From NCBI GenBank assembly GCA_001600695.1, contig BCKQ01000009.1, forward strand, positions 390,913-454,912: a stretch of DNA of 64,000 bases, written 5' to 3'. Shown piece after piece: positions 47,675 through 60,154 of the stretch. The notes under the pieces were generated by a model. That model was not told the origin of the DNA and did no database searches. It saw only the letters and a list, made by a program, of their open reading frames with translations. The number at the start of each line of letters is the position of its first letter. The first letter of the stretch is position 1. The stretch comes from Ascoidea asiatica JCM 7603. Taxonomy: Eukaryota > Fungi > Ascomycota. A program made the position numbers and the translations under genes.

Positions 47675-48232
47675 TTATGGAAACCAAAGTTTTAAGAAAA
47701 TTTGAGTAAAACCTATATCATGAACTTCCATTTCATAAATACCTATTAAACTCATTAAAGAACCGATACCTAATAATCTTAAAGCAGCGAAATGTAATTT
47801 ACCATAAACTCTTCTTGGTATATAATCAATTATACAACTTGTAAAACCAGCATGACAATGAACTAAAAGAAGTATACAAAGTAAAGAATCTACTAAAGGA
47901 TTTAAAGAACCATAAGTAAAAGGAGCAATAGTTAATGGAATTAAAGATAAACCACCTAATCTTTCAATTGACCAATGTCTTGAACCTTCAAATGGATCAC
48001 TTTGTGGTGGAATATAAGCATCATTTACTGTACCAATAATAAAACCTGGTGGTTGAGTTTTTTTAATTGAACCAAAATTTTTTTTTAATAATGAATTTTT
48101 TAAAATCAAAGAATTTAATGGAATTGAATTTAATTTTGATGATTTTAAAATTGAAGAATTTGTATATAATAAATTTTTTGAAATATTATTATTTATAGAT
48201 CTTGATAGACCTAAAGATGATCTAGAAAACAT
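47675..48232 (-). CDS. SDH4: Succinate dehydrogenase membrane anchor CybS (Sdh4/Tim18 family)
   Basis: QPPGFIIGTVNDAY, GSRHWSIER, HCHAGFTSCIIDYIP; mitochondrial presequence from the ATG at 48232. Confidence 0.92.
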   Translation of the reverse strand: MFSRSSLGLSRSINNNISKNLLYTNSSILKSSKLNSIPLNSLILKNSLLKKNFGSIKKTQPPGFIIGTVNDAYIPPQSDPFEGSRHWSIERLGGLSLIPLTIAPFTYGSLNPLVDSLLCILLLVHCHAGFTSCIIDYIPRRVYGKLHFAALRLLGIGSLMSLIGIYEMEVHDIGFTQIFLKLWFP

Positions 48233-49638
48233 TTTTGAATAATAATAATAATAAAAATAATATAATTTTAACGAATATAAAATACTATCAATGAATATTA
48301 TCAAAGATGTGATGAAGAATATAAATCTAAATAAAAATGGGATTGAATATGAATTATGAACAATAAATTTATGATGTTAATGAGAATATTAGATAGTATT
48401 ATTTTAGAATTTTATTTAATAATAAGAATTAGATATGAATATAGATTAATGTATGGGATAATAGGCAGATTGCAGCTATTCGAGTATCATCTGGTATATG
48501 ATTTGCCTGTTTTCTCAGTACCATAATCAGTGGTTTAGTAGTTACGCAGTACCGTAGTAGTGGAGCCTTAAAATGGCACAGTCACTGGAGCTGTTGCAAT
48601 GTAAATAGCGCATTACCGCGCGGACTTACTAAGAATTATAGCGTAGACGATGATTGGCTAATAATTACAGGAGTTTGGGCTCCGGGCTCGCTTCGGAGAT
48701 CCGCTGCAAATATTACACTCGCCACTTGACTACGCCATTTATCACGCCACAAAACTATTAAAATAAAAAATAAAAGCATAGATCCATAAAAGTGGTCTTA
48801 TTTTTTTAAAGCATGTGCACTTACATAATTACTTTACTTATAAGTTCCCTGAGTTGGGAGGGGATAAGAGGACCCTTTATCCGGCGCAGACAGGCGAGCT
48901 CAGAGAGTCAAAGAGAGAGAACACGGCTAAGGGCAGCGCATACCCGCTCCAGCTGCCAAACAAAATCCCACCAACAGCTTCTTTCTCTCTTTCTCTCTTT
49001 CTCTGTGTTTGTTCCCCACGTTTTGATATTCGGATGTAAAGAAGACAATTCAAAAGAAAAACTGAGAATAAGAATAAAGAAAGAAAGAAAAGAAAATTTC
49101 AGTAGGAATATTCAATTCCTTTAAATATTTGAAAAGAAACAAAGACTCAATTTTTCATTTACAAAAAAGAGTAACAGTTAAGCTGCCACTGTTTTTAATA
49201 GCTTGGTTCTATCAATGGTTAAAGCACTAACACTTAAAGTAATACTAATAATATTAACAACTACAAACAGTGCCAGTGAGTATGATTCTGGTTCTGATTC
49301 TGGATCTTTTGAGATTATTTCCAGGCTCATCTTTTTTTTGTTTATTCTCTTTTCTCTGATACTTTTCACAATATTCATTGGTTTGTTTTACTTCAATTTA
49401 TTGTATTCTACTTTATAACTTATTCCATTCTCGCTTTACCTAAAATTATCATTTATTTCTAAATCATTTGCCATTTACTTCTGATTTCTTTTCAATTTTA
49501 ATTCTTTATATAAATATTATTCATCTTCTTTAATTCTTAAATTCTTTATCTTATTATATTTTATTCCATGTTTTCTATATTTAATTTATCCATTTAAATT
49601 TGAGTAATTTTAAACTAACCAATTATTTTTTTGAAAAA

Positions 49639-51435
49639 ATGTTTAAAACTTCTTTAAAGTTTTCTAAAATTTCAACTTTATCTTTAAAATCAAATTTGAA
49701 ATCAAATTTAAATTCAAATTTAAATTCAAATTTTATAATACTCAATAGAAAAATGTCAAATATTTCAAATACTTCAGATACTTCAGATACTATCTCAAAT
49801 GAAAAACTTTTAAATTTATCTAAATTTCCATATCCAACAATTAATGAAAATGATAAATATATAAATGATCAAGTAGAATTAATTGATAAATGGTTTAAAA
49901 GTCCAAGATATAAAGATATTAAAAGACCATATACTGCAAAAGATATTTTAAAACATAAAGGTACAATTAATATTAATTATCCATCTTCAATTCAAGCAAA
50001 AAAATTATTTAATTTATTAAATTTTAAAAAAAAAAATAATTTACCTTTACATACAATTGGTTCAATAGATCCAATTCAAATGACTCAATCTGCAAAAAAT
50101 CAAGAAATTGTTTATATTTCTGGTTGGGCATGTTCTTCAACTCTTACAACTACAAATGAAGTAAGTCCAGATTTTGGTGATTATCCTTATGATACTGTAC
50201 CAAATCAAGTTCAAAGAATTTTTAAAGCTCAATTATTACATGATAAAAAATCTTGGAATGATTATATAATTAATAAAAAAAATAATCAAAATTATGAAAA
50301 AATAGATTATTTAAGACCAATTATTGCTGATGGTGATACTGGTCATGGTGGTTTAACTGCAGTAATGAAATTAGCTAAATTATTTGCTGAAAATGGTGCT
50401 GCTGCTATTCATTTAGAAGATCAATTACATGGTGGTAAAAAATGTGGTCATTTATCTGGTAAAGTTATTGTACCAACTAATACTCATATTTCAAGATTAA
50501 TTGCAACAAGATTTCAATGGGATTTAATGAATTCAGAAAATTTATTAATTGCAAGAACTGATTCTGAAAGTGCAAATTTAATATCTTCTTCAATTGATCC
50601 AATGGATCATGAATTTATTCAAGGTATTATTAAAAAAAATGTTAAACCATTAGCTCAAGTTTTATTTGAAGCTGAAAATAATAATTTAAATTCAATTGAA
50701 ATTAATAAATTAGAATCAAATTGGCTTAATGAAAATAAATTATATACTTTTAAAGAAGCAATAAATTTAAAATTAAAATCTTTAAATAAAGAAAATTTAT
50801 ATAATTCAATTATTGAAAAAACTAAAAATAAATCGATTTTTGATTCAAAAATAATTTTCAAAGAAATAACTGGCGGTGATGAAATTTTTTTTGATTGGGA
50901 TTCTCCAAGAACTAAAGAAGGTCATTATAATTTTAAAAGTGGTATAGAACCTGCAATTAAAAGAGCTTTAGCTTTTGCTCCATATGCTGAATTATTATGG
51001 TTAGAAACTAAAACTCCAGATTTAAATTATGCAAAAAATTTTGCAAAACAAATTTTAGATAAATTTCCAAATAAATTCTTAGTTTATAATTTATCACCAA
51101 GTTTTAATTGGTTAGAACAAGGTTTTAATGAAACTGATTTAAAAAATTTTGTATTTGAATTAGCAAAAGTTGGTTTTACTTTACAATTAGTTTCTTTAGC
51201 TGGTATACATTCAAATGCTTTAGCAACTTGGAATTTATCAAATTCTTTTAAAGATAATGGTATGAAAGCATATGTTGATCTTGTTCAATCAAAAGAAAAA
51301 GAATCAAAATGTGATGTTTTCACTCATCAAAAATGGTCTGGAAATTCATATATGGATAGTATTATAAATACTATTCAATCTGGTTCTTCTCAAACAAGTT
51401 CAACAGGTAAAGATTCAACTGAAAATAATTTTTAA
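49639..51435 (+). CDS. ICL2: Mitochondrial 2-methylisocitrate lyase
   Basis: KKCGHLSGKV, SGWACSS, DYPYDTVPNQV, YNLSPSFNW; the presequence and GHL (rather than GHM) point to Icl2. First ATG at 49639. Confidence 0.9.
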   Translation: MFKTSLKFSKISTLSLKSNLKSNLNSNLNSNFIILNRKMSNISNTSDTSDTISNEKLLNLSKFPYPTINENDKYINDQVELIDKWFKSPRYKDIKRPYTAKDILKHKGTININYPSSIQAKKLFNLLNFKKKNNLPLHTIGSIDPIQMTQSAKNQEIVYISGWACSSTLTTTNEVSPDFGDYPYDTVPNQVQRIFKAQLLHDKKSWNDYIINKKNNQNYEKIDYLRPIIADGDTGHGGLTAVMKLAKLFAENGAAAIHLEDQLHGGKKCGHLSGKVIVPTNTHISRLIATRFQWDLMNSENLLIARTDSESANLISSSIDPMDHEFIQGIIKKNVKPLAQVLFEAENNNLNSIEINKLESNWLNENKLYTFKEAINLKLKSLNKENLYNSIIEKTKNKSIFDSKIIFKEITGGDEIFFDWDSPRTKEGHYNFKSGIEPAIKRALAFAPYAELLWLETKTPDLNYAKNFAKQILDKFPNKFLVYNLSPSFNWLEQGFNETDLKNFVFELAKVGFTLQLVSLAGIHSNALATWNLSNSFKDNGMKAYVDLVQSKEKESKCDVFTHQKWSGNSYMDSIINTIQSGSSQTSSTGKDSTENNF

Positions 51436-51773
51436 TTATAACTAAATTATATAATATTTAATATTTAATATACATTATACATTATACCTTTATTCCAAAA
51501 TAAACCCTTAAATTCACATAAGTTATCGTTAATATATTTTATTACCATTGCGGAATAAAATATTTCCATGCGACGGATAACGGTTGAAATCCACATAGAA
51601 TTATTTTTTTTTAACTTTATTTTGGGATTTTTTCAAAATTTGAATGTAAAAAGAATATAAAAGATTTGATTCGTTTTAAATTTCAATTTATTCATTTCAG
51701 AAGAATAAGAATTGAATGATAAAAATAATTGAAATTTCAATAAATTTGAAATAATGTTAATATTAATATTATT

Positions 51774-52727
51774 ATGATTTCATATGAGAAGTTAATTGGA
51801 CTTTCCTCAAGACAAAAAGATATTATATCTGGATTAACTGCAGGTTCATTAACTACATTAATTACTCATCCATTAGATTTAATAAAAATTAGATTACAAT
51901 TAGATTATTCAAATGAAAATCATTATTTTATATTTAAAAAAATTATTAAAGATATTTTAAAAAATGGTAATGGCAAAAAGATTTTAATTTTAAATGAAAT
52001 TTATAGAGGTTTTGGATTAAATTTAATTGGTAATTCAATTGCATGGTCATTATATTTTACATTATATAATGAATTTAAAGAAAAAAAAATCTTTACAATC
52101 AGTAAGATTGATAATGATAATGATAATAAGAATGAAAAATATTTCTTAAGTGCATTTTCTGCAGGTTTTATAACTACAATTTTAACAAATCCAATTTGGG
52201 TTTTAAAAACAAGAATTTTATCAAGTTCAAAAAATGAAAAAGGTTCATATAAGAATTTTATTGATGGAATTTATAAAATTTTTAAAAATGAAAAAATTAA
52301 TACATTTTATAAAGGTTTATTACCAAGTATAATTGGTGTAAGTAAAGGTGCAGTACAATTTTCAATTTATGATAATTTAAAAGATTTTTATTTTTTAAAA
52401 AAAAAAAAAATTAAAAATAAAGAAAAATTAAAATCAATTGAATATATTTGTATAAGTTCAATTTCACAAATTTTTGCAACTACATTTTTTTATCCTTTAC
52501 AATTATTTAAATCAAGATTACAATCATATAATGGTAAAGATAAATTAATTGAAATAATTAAATTTACAATTAAAAATGAAGGTTTCAATGGTTTATATAA
52601 AGGTTTATTCACAAACTTAATAAGAGTGTTACCAGCTACTATAATTACATTTACAACATATGAAAATTTGAAATATTTTCTTTACTATAATAAAAATGAT
52701 AATAAAAATGATAAAGTAATGAAATAA
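51774..52727 (+). CDS. FLX1: Mitochondrial FAD/folate carrier
   Basis: Three carrier repeats: HPLDLIKIRLQ, NPIWVLKTR (FAD/folate subfamily signature), YPLQLFKSRLQ. Confidence 0.85.
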   Translation: MISYEKLIGLSSRQKDIISGLTAGSLTTLITHPLDLIKIRLQLDYSNENHYFIFKKIIKDILKNGNGKKILILNEIYRGFGLNLIGNSIAWSLYFTLYNEFKEKKIFTISKIDNDNDNKNEKYFLSAFSAGFITTILTNPIWVLKTRILSSSKNEKGSYKNFIDGIYKIFKNEKINTFYKGLLPSIIGVSKGAVQFSIYDNLKDFYFLKKKKIKNKEKLKSIEYICISSISQIFATTFFYPLQLFKSRLQSYNGKDKLIEIIKFTIKNEGFNGLYKGLFTNLIRVLPATIITFTTYENLKYFLYYNKNDNKNDKVMK

Positions 52728-53542
52728 TGATTTTACTTATTACCTCTAATAGATACTATTGGAATAATCAAGTTTTAGGAAGCTATATCTTGAGTTTGTT
52801 GTTTGATGACAATTTTTATTTTCTATTTCATGATTAGATTTGAATAACGTATTTTAATATATTTTTATTCATTCACTTACAAAAATTATTTTTTGTAGAA
52901 TGATTCAAATATTATAGAATCTATAACAGTTCTATTATTTTTGGGGCTTTTTATATCCAAAACGCAATAATGGAGCTAAGAAGTACCATTTGTAAAAGCG
53001 TATCACACCTGGAGGTTGAATAGAATAGATTCAATGGAAAATTAAAGACAGAAAGAACTTTTATTATTTAAATTCAGTTTGTTATCTCTTTGAGTTATGT
53101 TTTCATTTGGTCTTTTTTTTATCCTGTAATTATAATTGGTAATCAAAACTGCTTGCGTTGATTAGCCAGACTTACATATACAATTCAATTTAAATAAAAC
53201 ATTATGGATGAAAAAATAGAAAAAATTCTAAGATTTACTGTTTATTATGAAAGTACTTTGCTTTAAATAAAGACATCTCAAGGGGTATTTTAATGAAAAA
53301 GATTCATAAGAAATCAATAATAATCATCAAAAAAACAAATTGAATAGGAATTCTAAAGAGCTAAAATAATGTTCTGATAAAGAGATTCAAATCAGTCAAT
53401 TTCAATTGTTTCTTTATTCCTTTAATTCATTTAATTTCAATTAATATATGGTGCTGTGAACCAAATTAGTGGATCCAATAATTACTATTCTTCTGTACAT
53501 TGCTGGGCAGGAGGTGACAGATTAAGAATCCAAGAAGTGAAG

Positions 53543-53657
53543 ACGCGTAAAACAGAAAAGGTAAACAAGAATAACTCAAACACGAAGAAAGTACCGTGAA
53601 CACGTAAGAATAAAAACACCACAACACCAAAACAACGCGAAAATAAACAAAACCAAT
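53543..53657 (+). promoter_or_regulatory. G1/S promoter of HCM1: MCB ACGCGT (53543), forkhead GTAAACAA (53561), CGCGAAA (53636), ATAAACAA (53643), CCAAT (53653)
   Basis: Clustered exact motifs; HCM1 is a known SBF/MBF target in S. cerevisiae. Confidence 0.6.
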
Positions 53658-54719
53658 CAAAAAGGGGCCACATGGCGGGGCAGCGTGCCTGCGAGTTTTG
53701 CGGCTGCAGCTTTTGCGGCTGCGACTGAAACGCAAGCCAGCGACCGCATTTTTCTAAACGTGACCATACTAGCCTCAAACATCACAACTCGAGCCACACC
53801 TGCCGCTTTAAAACCTGAAAAGAGGCCAGTTTTGTGTCTTTTCTTCCTCTGCTCACCAGATATACTAATATTAAATATTCCAGTTCTAATTCCAATTCCA
53901 CTTCCAGAACTGTCACGAAAGATTCTTTTTTATCTTCCATTTCACTCATATTTTTATTCTTCCTTTCTTCACTCCTAAAATATACTATATCAATGCCAAT
54001 TGGGTCCCAGATAAAAGTAAAGATTTGATTAAATACCCTTCTTTATCCATCTCATTATCATTACAATCATCAATATTATTATCATCTTCATTATCAATAG
54101 GTATATATCATTTTGATTATCTTATTCATTTCGTTAAATTTAATTATTCATATCCTTAATCTCATTTGTCGTTACTGTTTTCAACCAATATTATATAATC
54201 TTTTCATCTTTAATTTAACCAATAAGAAAATCCAAGAAATAAACCTTTTTTAAATTCAATAAATTCATATTCCTTTAATAGATTCCATCATACCACATAA
54301 TATCATATAAAATCATATAAAATCATTTAGAATCATATAATATCATATCTCATAAATAAAATTATTATTATCTTCAAATAGAAAAGCATCTTAGCTTTAG
54401 TTATATCCGATAATTGACCCTGATTTTAATCTTTAAAAAATTTTGATTCACAAATTTCGATTCCTGATTCATTCATATAAATTATTTCTTTTTTTTTCAG
54501 TTAAGGTACTCACCTCCTAAATTCTTCATCAAATTTATAAATATTACTATAAATATCAATATCAATACATTCATAAAAACATACTTTCCTAATATAATCA
54601 TCATATATATCTTATACAGTATATATCTTTCATATATATATGATATATATATATATAAAGTATAAGTATAAGAATCATCTTATATTATATATTTCATTTC
54701 ATAATCATTATTCAAAATA

Positions 54720-54992
54720 ATGTCTCCAATTTCAAAAACAAAATTTTCTTTATCCTCTAATTCAAATTCAAATTCAAATCAAAATTCAAATTCAAATTCA
54801 AATTCAAACTCAAACTCAAATACAAATACAAATACAAATAATTTAATTGATTCAAATTTAATGAAATCTTTAAATTCAATTCATTTACCAAAATCAATTC
54901 AAATTTCTCAAAATAATTCTTTAACTCCTCCAAATACTGATAATTCTGCAATAAGATTAAAAACTATAATAACTAATAATAATAATCATAAT

Positions 54993-55032
<40 letters not shown>

Positions 55033-57608
55033 TTCTTCATATTAATCTGAATAATATAAATTTAAATAATAACTTGAATAGTAATTCAAATAATAAAACA
55101 ATTGCTCCTTCTTTATTATCTCCTTCTTTATCTTCTCCTCAATTTAATATCACTAATAATATTAAATCAAATTCCAATACCATTAACAATATCCAAGTTT
55201 CCTCTACAAATTCTCAAGCAAGTCCATCTACTTTATTATATAATTTAAATAATTCTTCTCCAACTAATAATTCAATATTAGTTAAATCTAAATTAAATTT
55301 AAAATCAAAATCAAATTCAAAATATATTAATTTTGATTCAAAATTAGATAATAATAATATAAAATCTGTTATAATCTCAAATACTAACGTTTCTAATATA
55401 ACTTCTTCACCTTCTAATTCCCTTTCTTCACAATCACAATCACAATCTCAATCTCAAAATTCAATATTGAAATCAAAACAAAAACCTAAACAAAAATCAT
55501 CAAAAGTTAAATCAAAAGTAAAATCAAACTCAATTAATAAAAATACAGATACCCAAAATTCAACAAAAAATATTATAACAAATAAAGAAGAAAAACCTCC
55601 TTTTAGTTATGCAAATCTTATAGCTTTAGCTATCTTAAGATCAATTGAAAAAAAATTAACTTTATCTCAAATTTATAATTGGATTTCAAATTCTTTTTCT
55701 TTTTATAAAAAAAATGATTCTGGTTGGCAAAATTCAATAAGACATAATTTATCTTTAAATAAAGCTTTTGTAAAAACTGAAAAATCAAAAGATGGTAAAG
55801 GTCATTATTGGAAAATTGATCCAAATTATGAATATCAATTTTTTAAAATTTCTGTTAAAAAATCTTTTACTGCAAAATCAAATTTAATTAATAATAATAA
55901 TAATACCAATAATATCAAAAGTAATAAAATTTATGCTCAAAATCAAAATCAACATCAAAATCCTCAATTACCAAAACCAAAAAAATTATGTTTTGATATA
56001 ATTTCAACTTCTTCAAATAATTCAAATAAAATTTCTTCATTAACTTCTTCTTTAATATCTCTTTCTGATAATAATATAAATACTAAAAATAATATAAATA
56101 ATAATAATGAAAATCAAAATGATGTATATGATCCAACAACTGATCCTTTATCTTCCGAATCAGATGAATTACCTAATGATATATTTAATACAAACAATAC
56201 ATCAAATTCAATCACTGTTCATAATCAATCAAAAAATGATATTTCATCACATTCAAATAAAAGTTTCACATTCATAACTAATATAAATAATAATAATATC
56301 AATAGTATCAATAATAATAAGAAGAAAAATAATACTAAAAAAAGTAATACTTATAATACCGAGAATACTATTATCAATAAAAGTAGTAAGAAAAGTAATA
56401 TTCAAAATAATGTTGACAATAGTTTTGATAACACTCATAATACTAGCATTAATAATAGTCTGAAGATTAATTATGACTCAGATGATACTCAAGATGATAA
56501 AACTCAAACTCCACTCACCAAACAAAAATCATATAATCCTTTTAATACAACTAAACAAATCTCAGATACTCCAATGAATATTCACAATATCAACAATATT
56601 CCAGATTTTAGTTTTAATCTTATAAGTCCAATAAAAAGATCAAATTCTGCAATAGGTTTAGAAAGATATTCAATTAGAAAAAAAAGAAAATTAGATGATC
56701 AAGAAATTGATGAGTATATCGATCATAATTTTATTAATCTGGAAAAATTGGAAGAAAATTCAATAAAATTTAATGAAAATGAAAATGATAATGAAATTGA
56801 AATTAATAATAAATTAAATGGTAACATAGATAATCAAAATTTAATTTTAACTAAAAAATTAAAAACTTCACATGATGAAGAATTTTTAAATACTTTTTCA
56901 AATTCTCCTTCTTTGGAAAGACCTTTTACTCTTTCAAATTCAATACCTTTTACCTCATCTTTCAATTGCAATTTAAACTTTGAATTATCTCCATTAAGAA
57001 GAAGGCAAACTGGTCCAATATTATTAAATTTAGAACCTGTGACTCCAGCTTCAAAGTCATCTAATTTTAGTCAAAAAAATATGATAATGAACACTAATTG
57101 TAATCCGAAATTAAATAATAGTATTTTTAGTACTTCAAAAGATGATAATTTATTCAATTTCGCTTTTCCAAATAGAACACCAATAAATAATAAAAGTTAT
57201 AAAACTCCATGCAGAATAAAAACTCCAAGCAGGATAAAAACTCCAAGTTCTGCTTCTATAATGAAAAAAATATGGAATACTCCAAGTTATTTAGATGATT
57301 TTTACACATCTCCTAGCATTTCAAGGTCAAATAATTATTTTGAGGATGATCAGATTTTTAATTCATATTATGGATCTCCTGGTCGAAATTCTTCAAAAAG
57401 TTCTAAGAAAAATAAAACCTCTCAATTTTATCAAGAAAGTTATAATTCATTAGGAAATGATTTTATCAGCGAAGATATTTTTAGGGTTGTCAAAAAAGTT
57501 GTTGGATCAGAAGTTGATCCAGATAATTTAAAATCTGGTGAAAATGCTCCTTTTGTCAGTGGAACTCGTTCAGCTCCAGAAACTCCGATTAAAAAAAAAA
57601 TTCTATGA
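54720..57608 (+). CDS. HCM1: Forkhead transcription factor Hcm1
   Basis: [10 protein letters not shown]...[29 protein letters not shown]; KRSNSAIGL and [15 protein letters not shown]; many TP/SP CDK-type sites; no FHA domain. Confidence 0.9.
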
Positions 57609-58127
57609 GTGATTTACATAAACAAATCGGTTAGTTAAACAGGTGATTCACTTTTTTTTTTTTCTTGCATAGTTTATTTTTTTGGTTTATCCTTTTCTTG
57701 TCAGTGAATTGCTTCTATTTTTATTATTTTTTCAATGGTTTTTAGCAATTTTAATATTTTTTTTGGTTTTCATTATGCTTTTTAATTTTTTTTTTTTTTT
57801 CTTTACCTTTCGAGTCAATATTTTGTGTTTTTGTTTAAAATTTTATTTTTCTTTTTGGGTTACAACTTTATTAATTATTTTCTTTTGAAACTTCTTTACT
57901 GTATAATATTAGTTAAATCAGCATTTTCGATAACTTCATATTAAATTCTACAATAAATAATTGAGAAAATTTTGTGTTTCAATCTCCTTTCAATTTGAAA
58001 GTTTTTGAACAAAAAATTCGTTTAAAATTTCAGTTTGGACAATCTTACAAAATTTAATATATAATTTAATTTATATTTATACTTATAGCTACAATGGTAT
58101 ATAATTGTAAAATTATTTCGTAATAAA

Positions 58128-59075
58128 CTAACCAGGAGGAAGCTGAGAAACATCAACAACATCAGAAGTATTTTTCTCAGGTAACTCAGGATCAATATTA
58201 TCTAAAGGAGTTCTTGGTAGAGCCATCATACCAGATCTAGCAACTTCTAATACACCAAAGTTTTTAATCAATCTCAAGAAACTTGAAATTCTTGAAGGTT
58301 TTGCAGATAATTCAATAATACAATTTCTATCACTAATATCAACGATTTTACCACCGAACTGCTTTGCTAAAGAATCTAAAGAATTAAGATAAGTATGCTT
58401 TAATCTTAAAACTTCACTTAAAGGTAAATTTCTTGGATGATATTTCGAATTTAAAACTTCTTTATTAACTTGGATGTTTAAATCCTGATTAATATTGTTA
58501 TCCAGTAAATGGTTTGAAATCAAATCTTGAAAGTATTCAGGACCTAAAAGAGAAACTCTGGTTAATAACAATTCTCTTTTTATGATCTGAGAGTTGGTAT
58601 AATCTAAAACTGCAAATACGGGAACTAAATCTTCAATTTGTCTTCTTGCTTGTTCAATTATTGCATCTTGACCTTCTAATACAATTGTCATTCTAGATAA
58701 ATCACTAACATCAGTACTGCAAACAACTAAAGAATCAATATTAAATCCTCTACCAGCCAAAGTTGAAGAAATCAAAGCTAGAACACCCGGTTCATTTTGT
58801 ACTAAACAGTTTAAAACATGTTGTTTTTTTGGAGCTTTTGATGGTAATGGGGTCTCATATAATATTGAAGAAACAGCAGAATTAGCAGACCACCCAGCTG
58901 GAGTTTCTAATACAGGTAATGGTGGCCTTTTTGAATTTCTATGTAAAGCTTTATAAGCTAAAGCAGCGGTTGAAGAACTTTGAAATCTTTTCAATGTTAA
59001 ACTTGAATTACAAGCATTTAAATATTTTAAATTTGAAGAAACCAACTGAGAAGATCTTTTGAATGAATAACTCAT
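58128..59075 (-). CDS. ILV6: Acetolactate synthase regulatory subunit
   Basis: HVLNCLVQNEPGVL, RGFNIDSLVV, LSRMTIVL, ARSGMMALPRTPL, C-terminal SQLPPG. Confidence 0.98.
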   Translation of the reverse strand: MSYSFKRSSQLVSSNLKYLNACNSSLTLKRFQSSSTAALAYKALHRNSKRPPLPVLETPAGWSANSAVSSILYETPLPSKAPKKQHVLNCLVQNEPGVLALISSTLAGRGFNIDSLVVCSTDVSDLSRMTIVLEGQDAIIEQARRQIEDLVPVFAVLDYTNSQIIKRELLLTRVSLLGPEYFQDLISNHLLDNNINQDLNIQVNKEVLNSKYHPRNLPLSEVLRLKHTYLNSLDSLAKQFGGKIVDISDRNCIIELSAKPSRISSFLRLIKNFGVLEVARSGMMALPRTPLDNIDPELPEKNTSDVVDVSQLPPG

Positions 59076-59222
59076 TTTTAGAATTGAAAAATTGAATGAA
59101 GTAAATTTGGTTTCCTTCTAGTTCGATAAATTCAAGTTCTTTATCTATTTATATAAGCACCTCAAGTATATTTTTTTATCAAAATAAAAGAAAAGTTCTA
59201 AGAGTGATAAACATTTGGAAAA

Positions 59223-59313
59223 TTAGTCACTAAGATGTCCAGTATTAAGTCGAAATTCCATCGATAAAAAGAAAGCTTGAAGTAAAAGATAAACTCAGTA
59301 TGGATTGAGTCAT
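59223..59313 (-). promoter_or_regulatory. Gcn4-type sites upstream of ILV6: ATGACTCA (59313-59306) and TGACTAA (59229-59223)
   Basis: Exact and near-consensus motifs 150-240 bp upstream of an amino-acid biosynthesis gene. Confidence 0.65.
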
Positions 59314-60154
59314 TAGAGGCGGATTTCACGGATAGTTTTTAGCGGATTAATCTAATTGGTATTGTTTTTAAATTAGCCAATTTAATGAATAACACATTAA
59401 CAGCTGACTGTCATCCAACATCTCATTAGCAGAGATTTTATTACGGAAATTGATATTTACTACGGATTTATTTTTATTTTAAGATATCGGCAAAAGCAGC
59501 CTATTGAACGAGCTCCGGAACAGGACCGTTAATGGAGTAAACTTTATTTTATAAACATGCATGCAATAATATGTACCCATAAAACACCATTTTGCAGAAC
59601 AATTGATAAACCTTAATTAAGCTTAAAATTTCATGAAAATTAAATGTGAATCAAGAACAATTTCAAATAAATTAATGGAAAAGAAAAAAAAAATATCACT
59701 GTTTTTATTTTTGTCTAGCAGTATTATAAAAACAATCAGAAATTTGGCAACAATAATATAAAATATTGATGAAGATCAACTTGATTCAATATCTCATATG
59801 CCAACTTTTTTTTCAAGGAACATTTGAATGAATAAGTAAAACATTTTAGGGGTATAATCGCAAGTGAAACTTCAATAAAAAACTTTGTGGGAGGATACCT
59901 TCCATAATTAAACAGTTTTTGGGAGTTTCAAATAATTTTTAAATAGGTTTTCATCTTTTATAATGAAAAAATAGGTAGAGTATTTGCAAAAGAATAGCAA
60001 AATAGCTTTTCACATATCGCTGTTCATTTTAATTTGTTGTTTAAATATAGTGAGATAAAATAGATATAAGAAAAATAAAGGTTAAAAGAATTAAAAAGAA
60101 AAAGAAGTTAAATAATCAATGAATCAAAGCTGAAACTTTGAAGAAATCAAATGT

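Noticed and set aside
5973-49638. N-terminal extensions from TTG/GTG starts in the ORF track (AHA1, CDT1, DLIC, Rho A, SWR1, SDH4, ICL2)
   Set aside because: This is a eukaryotic locus; homology or presequences begin at the first ATG, so coordinates were trimmed.
59515-59524. Leu3 site CCGGAACAGG upstream of ILV6
   Set aside because: It has a mismatch in the essential CGG triplet; plausible but not supportable.
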